A model generated the notes under the pieces. The model searched no databases, was not told the origin of the DNA, and worked only from the letters and a program-made list of their open reading frames with translations. Made by a program: the position numbers and the translations under genes. A stretch of DNA of 64,000 bases, taken from the NCBI GenBank assembly GCA_045120955.1, contig JBGVFH010000071.1:23631-87630 (forward strand), read 5' to 3'. This DNA is from Eubacteriales bacterium (GTDB lineage: Bacteria; Bacillota; Clostridia; Oscillospirales; CAG-272). Positions within the stretch are counted from its first letter, which is position 1, and the number at the start of each line of letters is the position of its first letter. Positions 21,401-31,246 of this stretch are shown here, in pieces.

Positions 21401-21975
21401 GCAAGGTCGTATTTGCAGGCATCGTGACAAAGGTTTCGGAGATGACCACGAAAAAAGGTGAAAAGATGGCATTTGTCATGGTCGAGGACAGATTTGCTGA
21501 GATAGAAACGGTCGTTTTTCCGACGGTATATGCAAAATGCGCAAGACTGCTCGGGGCCGAGCAGGGTATTGTCATACACGGCACGGTACAGCTGCGTGAC
21601 GATGAAAAGCCTCGTCTGCTTGCGCAAAGGATATTTTCGCTCATACCCGACTCCGAGTATAAAAAAGGGTGCATGGATGCGTGTAATACGCATGCGGAGA
21701 AAGGCAGAGCGTTCGAAGACGGGCGCAACGGTCAGACGAACAGCATACAGAAAAAAACGGCAAGGCTGTTTTTGAAGCTCGATACGCTTGACTGCGAGCT
21801 TGCAATAAAGGCTGTCAATCTCTGCGAAATATTTTGCGGAAGCACACAGGTGGTGCTTTACGACAGCTCGACACAAAAGTATACAAATTACAGCGGAAGC
21901 GGAGCGGACGCAAGCGCAAAGCTCATCTCGGAGCTGAAGGAGCTGCTTGGCGACGGGTGTGTCGTATTAAAATAA
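18409..21975 (+). CDS. dnaE: DNA polymerase III subunit alpha (DnaE type)
   Basis: 1188 aa with the N-terminal PHP domain HLHLHSEYSLLDG, a polymerase core (PDFDVDF) and a C-terminal OB fold. Confidence 0.97.
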   Translation: MGDFVHLHLHSEYSLLDGACRISDIPKAAKAAGHSAVAITDHGNLFGAYAFYLSCKAEGIKPIIGCEVYVAPRSMKDREGRKDASANHLVLLCKNEVGYKNLIKLVSQSYIDGFYSKPRIDTELLREHTEGLVCLSACLAGYIPRQILAGNFEGAVEYAQMLDGMFGHGNFFLEVQDHFLPDDRTVCGSLLEISRRTGIELVATNDVHYLKKEDSFNQAVLMCIQTANVITDGRPIGFETDEFYYKSTDEMRELFALYPRACENTVKIAEMCDFSFEEDKLFLPKFPTENGQSTSDILRRCAFEGFERRIANSQISFDKHSKEEYISRAEYELEIIDKMGFSDYYLIVADYVGYAKKKGIPVGPGRGSGAGSIVAFFVGITDVDSIKFDLLFERFLNPERVSMPDFDVDFCYNRRDEVIEYVKERYGKERVAQIITFGTMAARAAIRDVGRALGMSYSAVDAVAKSVPKGLDVTLADAMKTKRFREIYESGESEKKLIDIAMALEGMPRNASTHAAGVVITDRPVSDYVPLARNGETVVTQFDMNTVAKLGLVKFDFLALRYLTIIHEAERQISESTGEPFDISCIPLDDKKTFKLISGGNTNGIFQLESGGMRQVLTQLKPSSIDDIIATIALYRPGPMDSIPRYIERRHGRELPTYLHPSLEEILSGTYGCIVYQEQVMQIVRKLGGFSFGHADLVRRAMSKKKAEAMEAERGEFVRGCEQNGITADTANALFDEMASFASYAFNKSHAAAYAVISYRTAYLKAHYTKYYMAALLSSVLGNFEKTAEYIGESAKFGIKVLAPNINESKVDFAVVGNNIRFGLLALKNVGQQFIEKIIYERNRGRFESFEDFLRRMQQSPQFNKRQIESLIKSGAFDGLGAKRSQLYATYEKQMDALSERGRSEVAGQIDMFSAFEEDLERKGFEYPEMPEYSAKQLLMLEKESSGMYFSGHMLDDYKLALSEIRTNTSTEILSAADSEDADVVSPDAMLGALGDNSKVVFAGIVTKVSEMTTKKGEKMAFVMVEDRFAEIETVVFPTVYAKCARLLGAEQGIVIHGTVQLRDDEKPRLLAQRIFSLIPDSEYKKGCMDACNTHAEKGRAFEDGRNGQTNSIQKKTARLFLKLDTLDCELAIKAVNLCEIFCGSTQVVLYDSSTQKYTNYSGSGADASAKLISELKELLGDGCVVLK

Positions 21976-22003
21976 ATTATGCCGCACTTTGTACGGCATA
22001 ATT
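21975..22003. terminator. hairpin between convergent dnaE and the BofC-like gene
   Basis: 10-bp arms AATTATGCCG / CGGCATAATT with a 9-nt loop, overlapping the last base of the dnaE stop codon. No strong T-tract follows. Confidence 0.45.
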
Positions 22004-22038
22004 GTAAAATATATTCTCATAAATTGACAAATGTTTTT

Positions 22039-22437
22039 TCAGGATGTATAATCCTGTATAAGAGAGACAAGCTCGTTTACGGAGTAAACGGCTATCCCCT
22101 CGCTTACCGCTTCTCTGTCGCTGAGCGGAAGAGAATAAACGTAGGTGTCAAGTATATCGACCACCGTATATCCGTCTGCGGCATATATGGCGAGCTTTCC
22201 GTCCTTTACTCCGAGAACGTAGAGACGCTTTGCTTCGGCCGATATATTCTGTGAGTCTCCCGTGTCAGCGCTTGCGGATACATTCTGTGCGCAGGAGTGC
22301 GAAAGGATGTATTCACGGGTGTCGGAGAGCTTGATGCAGTTGATGGTGAGTAAAACGGTCAGTGCGATGCACAGCGAAAGGATGAGGGACAGTATTACGA
22401 TGTATATGACATCCTTGGATCTGCTTTGTCTGTTCAT
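22039..22437 (-). CDS. membrane-anchored BofC C-terminal-domain-like protein
   Basis: 132 aa with an N-terminal TM helix. The C-terminal pattern YVLGVKDGKLAIY...LPLSDREAVSEGIAVYSVNELVSLIQDY resembles BofC-type domains of sporulating Firmicutes. This is recalled from memory, not searched. Confidence 0.5.
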   Translation of the reverse strand: MNRQSRSKDVIYIVILSLILSLCIALTVLLTINCIKLSDTREYILSHSCAQNVSASADTGDSQNISAEAKRLYVLGVKDGKLAIYAADGYTVVDILDTYVYSLPLSDREAVSEGIAVYSVNELVSLIQDYTS

Positions 22438-22574
22438 TTTGTTACCTCGTTATATAATTCAAATTTTACAAATATTATTTGCATAAATTCATAATGTATT
22501 CAAAAAAATGGTATATACTCTATTATGAGCAATAATATGAAAAATAAACTTGCTTTCTGCGGAAGGGAAAAATT

Positions 22575-25313
22575 GTGAAAAAAGATATCGAACCAAACAG
22601 CAAAATTCAAAAAGAAAAGGTAGACTGGGATAAAGAGATACTGAACAGTATGCGTTTGGCGGGGAAAGGCATTTTCAAGGTGTTTTCCTACTTTTTCAAC
22701 ATAGTGTTTACTATTCTTCTCATATGTATAATCACGGGTATAATCGTGGGTTGTGCCTTTTCGATATATATCAAAAATTACATTGACCCGACAATAGACG
22801 AGTCATTGCTTGCGACGGGCGGTACGAGCCAGACCACGCAGATATATTATTACAACTACGAGGATATTGAGGCACGCCAGAACAGAACGGGTGATGCCGT
22901 TGAGCTCGAGGATCAGCGTCTGTACGGTGAGCAGAACAGCCTGTGGGCGGATTATGCCGACATCCCGCAAGATCTCAAGGATGCCTTCGTCGCAATAGAG
23001 GACAAGCGGTTTTGGGATCACAGCGGAGTCGACTGGATAAGAACGGGATCCGCTGTGCTTAAGTTCTTTGTAGGAAACAGCTCATACGGCGGCTCGTCTA
23101 TTACCCAACAGCTTGTAAAGAACCTGACCTCTTACGATGATGTTACCATTCAGAGAAAGGTGCAGGAGATAGTATGTGCGCTCAACCTTGAAAAAACGAA
23201 GTCAAAGGAAGAGATACTTGAGCTTTATTTAAATATTATTCCGCTCTCACAGCGTTGCTACGGAGTTCAGTCAGCGGCAAACACGTATTTCGGAAAGGAT
23301 GTAAGCGAGCTGTCTCTTATCGAGTGTGTGTGTATCGCATCCATTACAAATGCGCCTACAAGATATGACCCTGTACAAAACCCCGAGAACAATCAGGAAA
23401 GACGTGACAGCATCCTCGAGGAGATGCTCGCTCAGGGGTATATTACTCAAGAGGAGTTTGACAGCGCATATGACAAGGAGCTGACACTCAATCTTACCGA
23501 GGTATCAACGACGATATCGACAAACTCATGGTATACCGACACGGTTATCGAGGATGTTATAAGCGACCTTATGGAAACCTATAATTACACAAGACAGGTT
23601 GCCAGCCAAAAAATATACTCGGGAGGTCTGCAGATATACACTCTCATGGACCCCGAGGTGCAGAATGCCCTTGATGAGGTATTTTGCGATGACAGCATAT
23701 TTGAAAAGGCGCTGAAAAAAGAGGTCAGCGGAGTTCCTGCTGAGTCTGCTATGGTAATTACCGACCCGTACACGGGAGACTTGCTCGGAATAGTGGGCGG
23801 AAGAGGCGTGAAGACAGAGAACAGAATACTCAATCTGGCATCGCAAAGCGTGCGTGCGTCGGGTTCATCCATTAAGCCTCTTGCGGTCTACGGACCTGCG
23901 CTTGAGGAAGGAATAGTAACGTGGGCAACGGTGACGGACGATGTACCGGTCAACTTCGGAGACGATGCGCAAAATCCCGTTGCATGGCCTAAAAACCTCC
24001 CCGTAAAATACAGCGGACTTACGACCATTGACGATGCTATCACCCGCTCGGTAAATACCGTTTCGGTAAAGACTCTTATGAAGCTCGGTGAGGAAAAGTC
24101 CTTTGAGTATCTTACACAAAAGCTTGGTTTTTACAGCCTTATCGAGAGCAAAACTCTTGAGGACGGCAGTACGATCTCTGATATCGGACTTGCTGCGCTT
24201 GCTCTCGGTCAGCAAAACTACGGTGTGACCGTCCGTGAGATGGCGAGTGCGTTCTGCGTGTTCCAAAACGGCGGTATCTACAACAAAACAAGATCCTATC
24301 TTTACGTTTATGACTCAAACGGAGAGATCGTGCTCTCAAATGATGCGGAGTCCAATGTTGTGTTCAGCGAGGAGAACTCGTACATCATGACAAAAATGAT
24401 GCAAAATGTGTTTGCATCTACCTCCAGCTCCGCCAACAGAGTCACACTCAGGAAAACGGTAAACTGCGCAGGCAAGACGGGTACGGCAGGTAACGACTAT
24501 GACAGATGGCTGCTTGCATACACTCCTTATTATGTAGGCGGCGTATGGTACGGATACAAAACACCTAAGGTACTGACAAATGAGCTTTCCACGAGCCCTT
24601 GCTCCTATGTTTGGGACGAGGTCATGACACGCATCCATCAAAAGTATATTGATGCGGCAAAAGCAGGCACGGAGGAGCTCAGAACATTCGATGATTCAAG
24701 ACCGTCGGGTGTGATACAGTGCGAATACTGTATCGATTCGGGAAAGCTTCTCACAAGTGCGTGCAGACTTGACCCGAGAGGCAACAGAAGTGATGTGGGC
24801 TGGTTTGCAAAGGGAACAGAACCTACAGAGTACTGCGACTGTCACGTTGTAGTAGCATACGATACTGCAAACGGCGGTATAGCACATTCGGGCTCAAATC
24901 CCAACAACGTCGTTGATGTAGCGCTTATCAAGGTGACTGACAGAGATTTCCCGATACAGGTGACGATAGATGACGCTCAGTATGTTTACCGTCCGCTTTC
25001 CTCCGGTGTCAGACCGTCGGAGAGCTACGGTCAACCGTTCTTTATCAATATGGTGGCGAGCGGTCATTATGTAGGGCGAAGCTCAGCCTCGCACCAATAT
25101 AACACCTTCAGCTATGTAGGCTTTGACTATGCGGCGTATGAGGCAGGCAGACTGCAGCTTGTGATAGGGCCGAAGGAACAGGTCTTTGCCGTTCAAAAAG
25201 AGGAAGAGACTGCAAATCCGGATGATACGGAAAACACAACACCGCCCGAGGACACATCGGGACCTCCCGATGAGGATGTAATTGGTGTAGATGCTCTGAC
25301 CGCAACAGAATAA
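22575..25313 (+). CDS. class A (PBP1A-type) bifunctional penicillin-binding protein
   Basis: 912 aa with a GTG start and an N-terminal TM helix. Contains the GT51 motifs EDKRFWDHSGVD and GGSSITQQLVKN, the transpeptidase motifs SGSSIKP (SxxK) and KTGT, and a Cys-rich C-terminal extension. Confidence 0.93.
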   Translation: MKKDIEPNSKIQKEKVDWDKEILNSMRLAGKGIFKVFSYFFNIVFTILLICIITGIIVGCAFSIYIKNYIDPTIDESLLATGGTSQTTQIYYYNYEDIEARQNRTGDAVELEDQRLYGEQNSLWADYADIPQDLKDAFVAIEDKRFWDHSGVDWIRTGSAVLKFFVGNSSYGGSSITQQLVKNLTSYDDVTIQRKVQEIVCALNLEKTKSKEEILELYLNIIPLSQRCYGVQSAANTYFGKDVSELSLIECVCIASITNAPTRYDPVQNPENNQERRDSILEEMLAQGYITQEEFDSAYDKELTLNLTEVSTTISTNSWYTDTVIEDVISDLMETYNYTRQVASQKIYSGGLQIYTLMDPEVQNALDEVFCDDSIFEKALKKEVSGVPAESAMVITDPYTGDLLGIVGGRGVKTENRILNLASQSVRASGSSIKPLAVYGPALEEGIVTWATVTDDVPVNFGDDAQNPVAWPKNLPVKYSGLTTIDDAITRSVNTVSVKTLMKLGEEKSFEYLTQKLGFYSLIESKTLEDGSTISDIGLAALALGQQNYGVTVREMASAFCVFQNGGIYNKTRSYLYVYDSNGEIVLSNDAESNVVFSEENSYIMTKMMQNVFASTSSSANRVTLRKTVNCAGKTGTAGNDYDRWLLAYTPYYVGGVWYGYKTPKVLTNELSTSPCSYVWDEVMTRIHQKYIDAAKAGTEELRTFDDSRPSGVIQCEYCIDSGKLLTSACRLDPRGNRSDVGWFAKGTEPTEYCDCHVVVAYDTANGGIAHSGSNPNNVVDVALIKVTDRDFPIQVTIDDAQYVYRPLSSGVRPSESYGQPFFINMVASGHYVGRSSASHQYNTFSYVGFDYAAYEAGRLQLVIGPKEQVFAVQKEEETANPDDTENTTPPEDTSGPPDEDVIGVDALTATE

Positions 25314-25321
25314 ACAAAAAG

Positions 25322-25368
25322 CTCGGGGACATCAATTCACGGTGAATTGATGTCCCCGAGTATTTTTG
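25322..25368. terminator. bidirectional intrinsic terminator (PBP gene / DUF308 gene)
   Basis: 19-bp perfect arms CTCGGGGACATCAATTCAC / GTGAATTGATGTCCCCGAG, flanked by an A-run upstream and TATTTTTGCTTTT downstream. Confidence 0.85.
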
Positions 25369-25460
25369 CTTTTGAGTGAGACTGTACATTTCAGCGCCTT
25401 AGCGGCAGAGCCGAGAGCGGTTGCCTCGGGCGGTATTTGTACTCAGCTGAGTTTTTGCTA

Positions 25461-26069
25461 TCAGTCGATCTCGGTAATGTCTTTGCTCTTTGATGTTTCG
25501 ATGACCTCAGTTTGCTTTGATGTGCCTCTTCTTGTAGCAGCCATCGTCCATACTATCCAAATATCGGTCAGACCGTCGAAAACAAGGCTGATGCCGACAG
25601 CTATGGAGAGCCACTCCTTTTCATAGCAGACAAGCGAAAGAACACCTGCGCCTATGGTAATAAAGCCTATGATAAGAGCTACATACCATAGCTTGTGCGT
25701 AGCGCTCTTGAGATATGAGGAATACTTCATATCGGACAGACCGTGATAAAGAAGAATTACGCTGAGAATAACATATATAAGGCTTGAGCTTATTTCATCG
25801 GGACCGTCGAGCATCCAAACACCGATGACAGCCATGATGAGAGACGAGAACATAAGAAGAGTCTTTCCACCGGCGTATGTGTTGTCCTTAAAGCACATGA
25901 CCAGCTGCACAAGCGCATTTATAATGAGTATTGCGCCGAAAACCATGCATACTATCATTGATGATGTGTCCTTCCATACAAGAAGAGAAATTCCGAGAGC
26001 TACGCATACCATGGCGGATATAAGTGTACTGAACTCAAACGACTTTAAAAAGTGTATTATCTTTTTCAT
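25461..26069 (-). CDS. HdeD/DUF308-like multi-pass membrane protein
   Basis: 202 aa with six hydrophobic helices in repeated pairs, typical of DUF308. The family call is from memory only. Confidence 0.45.
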   Translation of the reverse strand: MKKIIHFLKSFEFSTLISAMVCVALGISLLVWKDTSSMIVCMVFGAILIINALVQLVMCFKDNTYAGGKTLLMFSSLIMAVIGVWMLDGPDEISSSLIYVILSVILLYHGLSDMKYSSYLKSATHKLWYVALIIGFITIGAGVLSLVCYEKEWLSIAVGISLVFDGLTDIWIVWTMAATRRGTSKQTEVIETSKSKDITEID

Positions 26070-26214
26070 TTTTATGCCACCTTTACTGCAAAATATTTTT
26101 GGACAAGTCTATTATAACAAATATTATTTAATTTGTCACTCTATATTGAAAAAATTTTTGTTTTTTGTTATACTTTACCATGGAATATATTTTGTAGGTT
26201 TATACGGAGCTTTT

Positions 26215-26769
26215 ATGGTTATCAGAAAAACGTTGCCTGAGGATATTGATGATATCATGACCCTTATAGGTATCACAAGAGATAATTTCAGAGCTGACGG
26301 CATACCGCAATGGCAGGGTGAGTACCCGTCAAGGGAGCTTATAGCGGACGATGTGGCAAGGGGCGAGTCTTACGTCTGCGACATCGACGGAAGGGTGTGC
26401 GGCTTTTGCGCTGTTGTGGGCGGCATTGAGCCCGACTATGTGAAAATATACGAGGGCAGATGGAGAAATGAGCGGCAGTATATTTCGCTTCACAGAGTTG
26501 CGGTGGACCCGAAGTATAAGGGGTGCGGAATTGCAGCGGCAATGGTATCGAATGCTGTGCGGATCGCTCAAAAAACGGGCATACTTGATATAAGGTGCGA
26601 TACTCACAGACAAAACGCAAATATGCGGCGGATGCTTGAGAAAAACGGCTTTGAATATTGCGGGATAATTTATCTGTGCGAGGACGGAGCCGAGAGAGTG
26701 GCGTATCATAAGATAATTTCGCAAAGCTGTGAAGCTTTGCCGATAAAGGAACGGAGTGAATATAAATGA
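26215..26769 (+). CDS. GNAT family N-acetyltransferase
   Basis: The acetyl-CoA site LHRVAVDPKYKGCGIAAAMV is present. The start is taken at ATG 26215 (MVIRKTLPEDIDD). The long 25825 extension is antisense to the DUF308 gene and not protein-like. Confidence 0.8.
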   Translation: MVIRKTLPEDIDDIMTLIGITRDNFRADGIPQWQGEYPSRELIADDVARGESYVCDIDGRVCGFCAVVGGIEPDYVKIYEGRWRNERQYISLHRVAVDPKYKGCGIAAAMVSNAVRIAQKTGILDIRCDTHRQNANMRRMLEKNGFEYCGIIYLCEDGAERVAYHKIISQSCEALPIKERSEYK

Positions 26770-28679
26770 AAGACGGATATATTAAATGCGCCGGATGCGG
26801 AATTGATATTACGGTAGCAAACCCGAGAGAAAATGCAAAAAGAATAATCGAAGCGGTCAACAGAGCAGAGAGCGAAGGGGTAGATCTTCTTTGTATGCCC
26901 GAGCTTTGCCTGACGGGATATAGCTGCGGAGAGCTTTTTCTCAACAGCTCTCTTATCAATGCGGCAGAAGAGGCGCTGTTTGAGATAGCGGCACAGACAA
27001 GCGGATGCAATGTTGTGTTTGCGCTCGGTCTGCCGATAAGGCATTACTCAAAGCTGTATAACTGTGCGGCGGTTGTTTGCCGCGGTGAGATACTCGGTCT
27101 TGTGCCCAAGACTCATATCCCTATGTACGGCGACCTTTACGAGGGACGCTATTTTGAGAGCGGAAGCATGATAGGCGAATATGAGTTTCACCGCTTTGCT
27201 TGCGGTGTCGAATGCTCTATAGGAAAGGATATGCTTTTCTCTCATGAAAGTCTGCGCAATTATATTTTCGGAGTTGAGATATGTGAGGATCTGTGGGTGG
27301 CACAGACACCGTCCTTGTCGCTGTGTCAGCGAGGTGCGAAGATAATCCTCAATCTTTCGGCATCGTATGAAACAGTAGGTAAGGCGGAGTACAGACATTT
27401 GCTCGTTGCATCTGCCTCGGCAAAGCTTCTTTGCGGTTATGTGTATGCAAACGCAATGGCGAGCGAGTCTACGCAGGATGCAGTCTTTGCGTCGCACAAC
27501 ATGATATATGAGTGCGGGGATCTGCTCGCAGAGAGCAAGCCCTTTGCGCAGGACAGCTTTACAACGGCTGAGATAGATGTGGATAAGCTCAGCTACGAAA
27601 GAGCAAGGATAAACACATTTAAAGAAATAGGCGGCGCTAACTTTACCGTTTTCTCGCAAGAGGTAAAGAAACACAGTCTGACCCGTGCGGTTGAGAAAAA
27701 TCCCTTTGTTCCATCGGACAAAAGCAAGCTTAGCGACAGATGCGAGCTGATATTCTCGATACAGGCGCACGGACTTCTCAAACGAATTCAGCACACAAAT
27801 ACAAAAAAACTCGTGCTCGGAATCTCCGGAGGGCTTGACAGTACGCTTGCGCTTTTGGTAGCGGTAAAGGCGTTTGATCTATGCGGACGTCCGCACAAGG
27901 ACATCATCACCGTCACGATGCCGTGCTTCGGTACCACATCGAGAACAAAATCAAACGCGCAACAGCTATGCGAGTGTTTTGGTACGGATTTTCGCGAGGT
28001 GGATATTTCCGAGAGCGTGCGCAAGCATTTTGCAGATATAGGACATGACGAGTGTGAGCATGATGCGGCATATGAAAATGCGCAGGCGAGAGAGCGTACA
28101 CAGGTGCTCATGGATATAGCAAATCAAGAGTACGGTATGGTGATAGGCACGGGAGATCTGTCAGAGCTTGCGCTTGGCTGGTGTACCTACAACGGAGACC
28201 AGATGTCTATGTACGGAGTAAACGGAGGAGTGCCGAAAACTCTCATCAAACATATCGTGAAGCACGAGGCGCAGCTCGCAGCTCAAGACGGTGAGCAAAT
28301 TCTCTCCGATACACTCTTTGATATTCTTGACACGCCCGTTTCTCCCGAGCTTTTGCCTCCGGATGAGAGCGGAGCTATCGCACAGAAGACCGAAGATATC
28401 GTAGGTCCGTATGAACTGCATGATTTCTTTTTGTACTACACGGTCAGATACGGTTTTTCAGCTTCGAAGATATACCGTTTGGCACTCAAAGCATACGAGG
28501 GAGTGTATGACGCAGAAACGGTGAAAAAGTGGCTCGAGACCTTTGTGCGCAGATTTTTCTCACAACAGTTCAAGCGTTCGAGTATGCCCGACGGAGTAAA
28601 GGTAGGCTCTGTGTCTCTTTCTCCGAGAAGCGATTGGAGAATGCCCACAGACGCAAGCTTCTCGGCATTTATGCTGTGA
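26766..28679 (+). CDS. nadE: glutamine-dependent NAD(+) synthetase
   Basis: 637 aa with an N-terminal CN-hydrolase (glutaminase) domain and a synthetase domain carrying the PP-loop GISGGLDS. An ATGA overlap joins it to the GNAT gene. Confidence 0.93.
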   Translation: MKDGYIKCAGCGIDITVANPRENAKRIIEAVNRAESEGVDLLCMPELCLTGYSCGELFLNSSLINAAEEALFEIAAQTSGCNVVFALGLPIRHYSKLYNCAAVVCRGEILGLVPKTHIPMYGDLYEGRYFESGSMIGEYEFHRFACGVECSIGKDMLFSHESLRNYIFGVEICEDLWVAQTPSLSLCQRGAKIILNLSASYETVGKAEYRHLLVASASAKLLCGYVYANAMASESTQDAVFASHNMIYECGDLLAESKPFAQDSFTTAEIDVDKLSYERARINTFKEIGGANFTVFSQEVKKHSLTRAVEKNPFVPSDKSKLSDRCELIFSIQAHGLLKRIQHTNTKKLVLGISGGLDSTLALLVAVKAFDLCGRPHKDIITVTMPCFGTTSRTKSNAQQLCECFGTDFREVDISESVRKHFADIGHDECEHDAAYENAQARERTQVLMDIANQEYGMVIGTGDLSELALGWCTYNGDQMSMYGVNGGVPKTLIKHIVKHEAQLAAQDGEQILSDTLFDILDTPVSPELLPPDESGAIAQKTEDIVGPYELHDFFLYYTVRYGFSASKIYRLALKAYEGVYDAETVKKWLETFVRRFFSQQFKRSSMPDGVKVGSVSLSPRSDWRMPTDASFSAFML

Positions 28680-28694
28680 TTTCGGTTATAAAAA

Positions 28695-29939
28695 ATGAAA
28701 AAGAGATTGACCGTTATTTTGTGTGCCGCCATGTGCGCACTTATGTGCGCCTGCGGCATAACTCCTTCTGTAAAATCACCCGGCTCTCAAACTTCCTCGA
28801 CTGATATCGGTACTGCCGAAAGCGCAGTGCCGTCTGATACGAGGGATGCGTTTGCCGACGGTGCGCAGAGCACGGATGAGGTGCCGCCCGAGGTGTCTGT
28901 TGACACGGTGAGACTCGTTATGGTAGGAGATATTTTGATGCATGACCCCGTTATCGAGAGCGGCATGACGGAGGATGGCTGCAATTACGATCATCTGTTT
29001 GCAAATATATCACAAGAGCTTGCCTATGCGGATATAGCTATGCTTAATCAAGAGGTGATCATAGCAGGAGAGCAGTTCGGCATCAGCGGTTATCCCCGTT
29101 TTAATTCTCCCCTTGAGCTTGCCGATGCAATAGGCAAGGCAGGATTTGATGTGGTTCTGCACGCAACCAACCACACCTTAGATAAGGGAAGGGATGCTAT
29201 GCTGAAATGCCTTTCTTATTGGAGACAAAACCATCCGGACGTAAAGGTGGCAGGTATGCACGACAGTGAGGCGGATGCGGATAATGTTTGCGTAATTGAG
29301 AAAAACGGGATAAAGGTCGCCGTGCTAAACTACACCTATGGCGTAAACCCTGCGGGAGATCAGTATATCAAAAGCGAACCGTATCTTGTGGATATTTTGA
29401 TAGAGAGTGAAGTAAAGCGCGACATTGAAAGAGCTAAGGAAGCAGCCGATTTTATTGTCGTTGCACCCCACTGGGGAGAAGAATACACTCATACACCTAC
29501 AAGCTCACAGAAAAAATGGTGCGAGCTGTTTTTGAAGTGCGGTGTTGACCTTGTTATAGGCACTCATCCTCATGTTCTTCAGCCTATTGAGTGGCTCGAG
29601 GGAGAGGATGGGCAAAGAACGCTTGTTTATTGGTCGCTCGGCAACTATGTAAACAGTACATCGGAGCAGGGCAGGGGCATTGGAGCGAGGATGCTCGGTG
29701 CTATGGCTGATGTGGTAATAGGCAAGGACGAAAACGGCAAGGTATATATCATGTCGGCAGGTGCGATAGGTCTTGTCACGCATGTTGATTTTGACAGCCG
29801 CGGCATCACAACATATAAATTTGAAGATTATACGCAGGAGATGCTCGCTGAGAACGAGGCAGTAAATAAAGACCCGTCATTTACTTACCAATACTGCATC
29901 GAAACCTTCAGCGAGCTGCTCGGAGATTTCCAAGATTGA
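28695..29939 (+). CDS. CapA/PGA_cap family lipoprotein (metallophosphatase-like)
   Basis: 414 aa with a lipobox LMCAC-G and CapA-type motifs MVGDILMH, NHTLD and PHWGEEY. Confidence 0.8.
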   Translation: MKKRLTVILCAAMCALMCACGITPSVKSPGSQTSSTDIGTAESAVPSDTRDAFADGAQSTDEVPPEVSVDTVRLVMVGDILMHDPVIESGMTEDGCNYDHLFANISQELAYADIAMLNQEVIIAGEQFGISGYPRFNSPLELADAIGKAGFDVVLHATNHTLDKGRDAMLKCLSYWRQNHPDVKVAGMHDSEADADNVCVIEKNGIKVAVLNYTYGVNPAGDQYIKSEPYLVDILIESEVKRDIERAKEAADFIVVAPHWGEEYTHTPTSSQKKWCELFLKCGVDLVIGTHPHVLQPIEWLEGEDGQRTLVYWSLGNYVNSTSEQGRGIGARMLGAMADVVIGKDENGKVYIMSAGAIGLVTHVDFDSRGITTYKFEDYTQEMLAENEAVNKDPSFTYQYCIETFSELLGDFQD

Positions 29940-29967
29940 TAAAACACATTTTAAAATGAGGTATGCA

Positions 29968-30969
29968 ATGAAAAAAGTAATTATTGATGTATTCGGCGCA
30001 GACACCCCCGATTCACTCATAAAGGGAGCGGCAAGAGCTACGCTTGAAAACGAAGACGTAAAAATACTTCTCCCCGGAGTGCCGCAGGTCATAGAGGATG
30101 TGCTTTGCGAATGTGAATATGATCCTCGGCGCATAGAGATACTGCCCGCAGAGCAGGTAATAACAAACGATGACGATCCCGTAAATGCAGTATTTCAAAA
30201 GCGTCGTTCGTCTGTCGTTACAGCGGCAAAGTATTTTGCGGAAAATGACGATTGCATCGGGTTTGCATCTGCGGGAAACACGGGAGCGCTGTTGGCTGCT
30301 TCAACCGCCTACGTCGGCAGACTTGACGGTATAGAGCGTCCGTCGCTGTGCACGTTTTTGCCCTCAAGCAAGGATAGATTTGTGTGTATGCTTGACTGCG
30401 GTGCAAATGTGGATTGCAAGCCGCAGCAGATGATACAGTTTGCGCTCATGGGCTCGGCACTTGTCGAGTGCTGTGTCGGGGTAAAAGACCCGACGGTCGC
30501 AATAGTATCAAACGGTACCGAGTCACGCAAGGGCAATTCGTTTACCCGTGAGGTGTATTCGCTGCTTGAAAAAATGCCGATAAATTTTGTCGGTAACATG
30601 GAGGCGAGAGATGCGCTATCGGGTAAATACGATGTAATGGTGTGTGACGGCTTTGTTGGGAATGTACTGCTGAAAAGCATCGAAGGCGCAGGTATGTTTA
30701 CAGCTTCGGTCATGTTAAAGCATCTGAAGGCAAATATGCCCGAGAACACGGACCCCGCATTTTTGAAAAAAGCCCTCGGTGCGGCGATGGCAGAGATGGA
30801 TTTTTCGAGCCGAGGCGGCGCCGTACTTATGGGACTGAAGAAAACCGTCATGAAAATACACGGAAACTCAAACGAGCGTACCGTACCCAATGTAGTAAAG
30901 CAGCTGCTCGATATTTCTGCGGGCGGATTTATAGACAGAACGAAGGAGCTTCTCCGAGCTGCGAAATAA
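29968..30969 (+). CDS. plsX: phosphate acyltransferase PlsX
   Basis: The PlsX motif SAGNTGALLAAS is present and the length is appropriate. The start is taken at ATG 29968 (GAGG 6 nt upstream) rather than 29956. Confidence 0.9.
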   Translation: MKKVIIDVFGADTPDSLIKGAARATLENEDVKILLPGVPQVIEDVLCECEYDPRRIEILPAEQVITNDDDPVNAVFQKRRSSVVTAAKYFAENDDCIGFASAGNTGALLAASTAYVGRLDGIERPSLCTFLPSSKDRFVCMLDCGANVDCKPQQMIQFALMGSALVECCVGVKDPTVAIVSNGTESRKGNSFTREVYSLLEKMPINFVGNMEARDALSGKYDVMVCDGFVGNVLLKSIEGAGMFTASVMLKHLKANMPENTDPAFLKKALGAAMAEMDFSSRGGAVLMGLKKTVMKIHGNSNERTVPNVVKQLLDISAGGFIDRTKELLRAAK

Positions 30970-30990
30970 ACATAATTTGCATAGCAAAAA

Positions 30991-31036
30991 GCCAAAACCG
31001 CCGTGAGCGCCGTTTGAGCATTCGGGCGGTTTTGGC
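30991..31036 (+). terminator. hairpin after plsX (terminator candidate without T-tract)
   Basis: 12-bp arms GCCAAAACCGCC / GGCGGTTTTGGC with a 22-nt loop. No T-run follows. Confidence 0.35.
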
Positions 31037-31107
31037 TCTGTACGTGAGAAAAATGAAAAATATTTAAAATATTTTGAAATTATAAGCCAAAAAAGACAAA
31101 AATACTA

Positions 31108-31137
31108 TTGACAAAAACGCTCACAACGTGATACAAT
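31108..31137 (+). promoter_or_regulatory. candidate sigma-A promoter of the str operon
   Basis: TTGACA (31108-31113) - 18 nt - TACAAT, with an extended -10 TG (TGaTACAAT), about 110 nt upstream of rpsL. Confidence 0.6.
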
Positions 31138-31246
31138 ATGATGTCTAATTATGATGCACGACTGCGGCAAAGCGGTTTGTGCATGTGTAGTTGGAAAATA
31201 AAAGAAGACTGCATTTGCAGCAAATTTAAGAAGAAGGAGGAAAAAC

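Noticed and set aside
25825-26214. 130-codon N-terminal extension of the GNAT ORF (track start 25825)
   Set aside because: The extension is antisense to the DUF308 membrane gene and crosses the intergenic promoter region. The GNAT domain begins at Met 26215.
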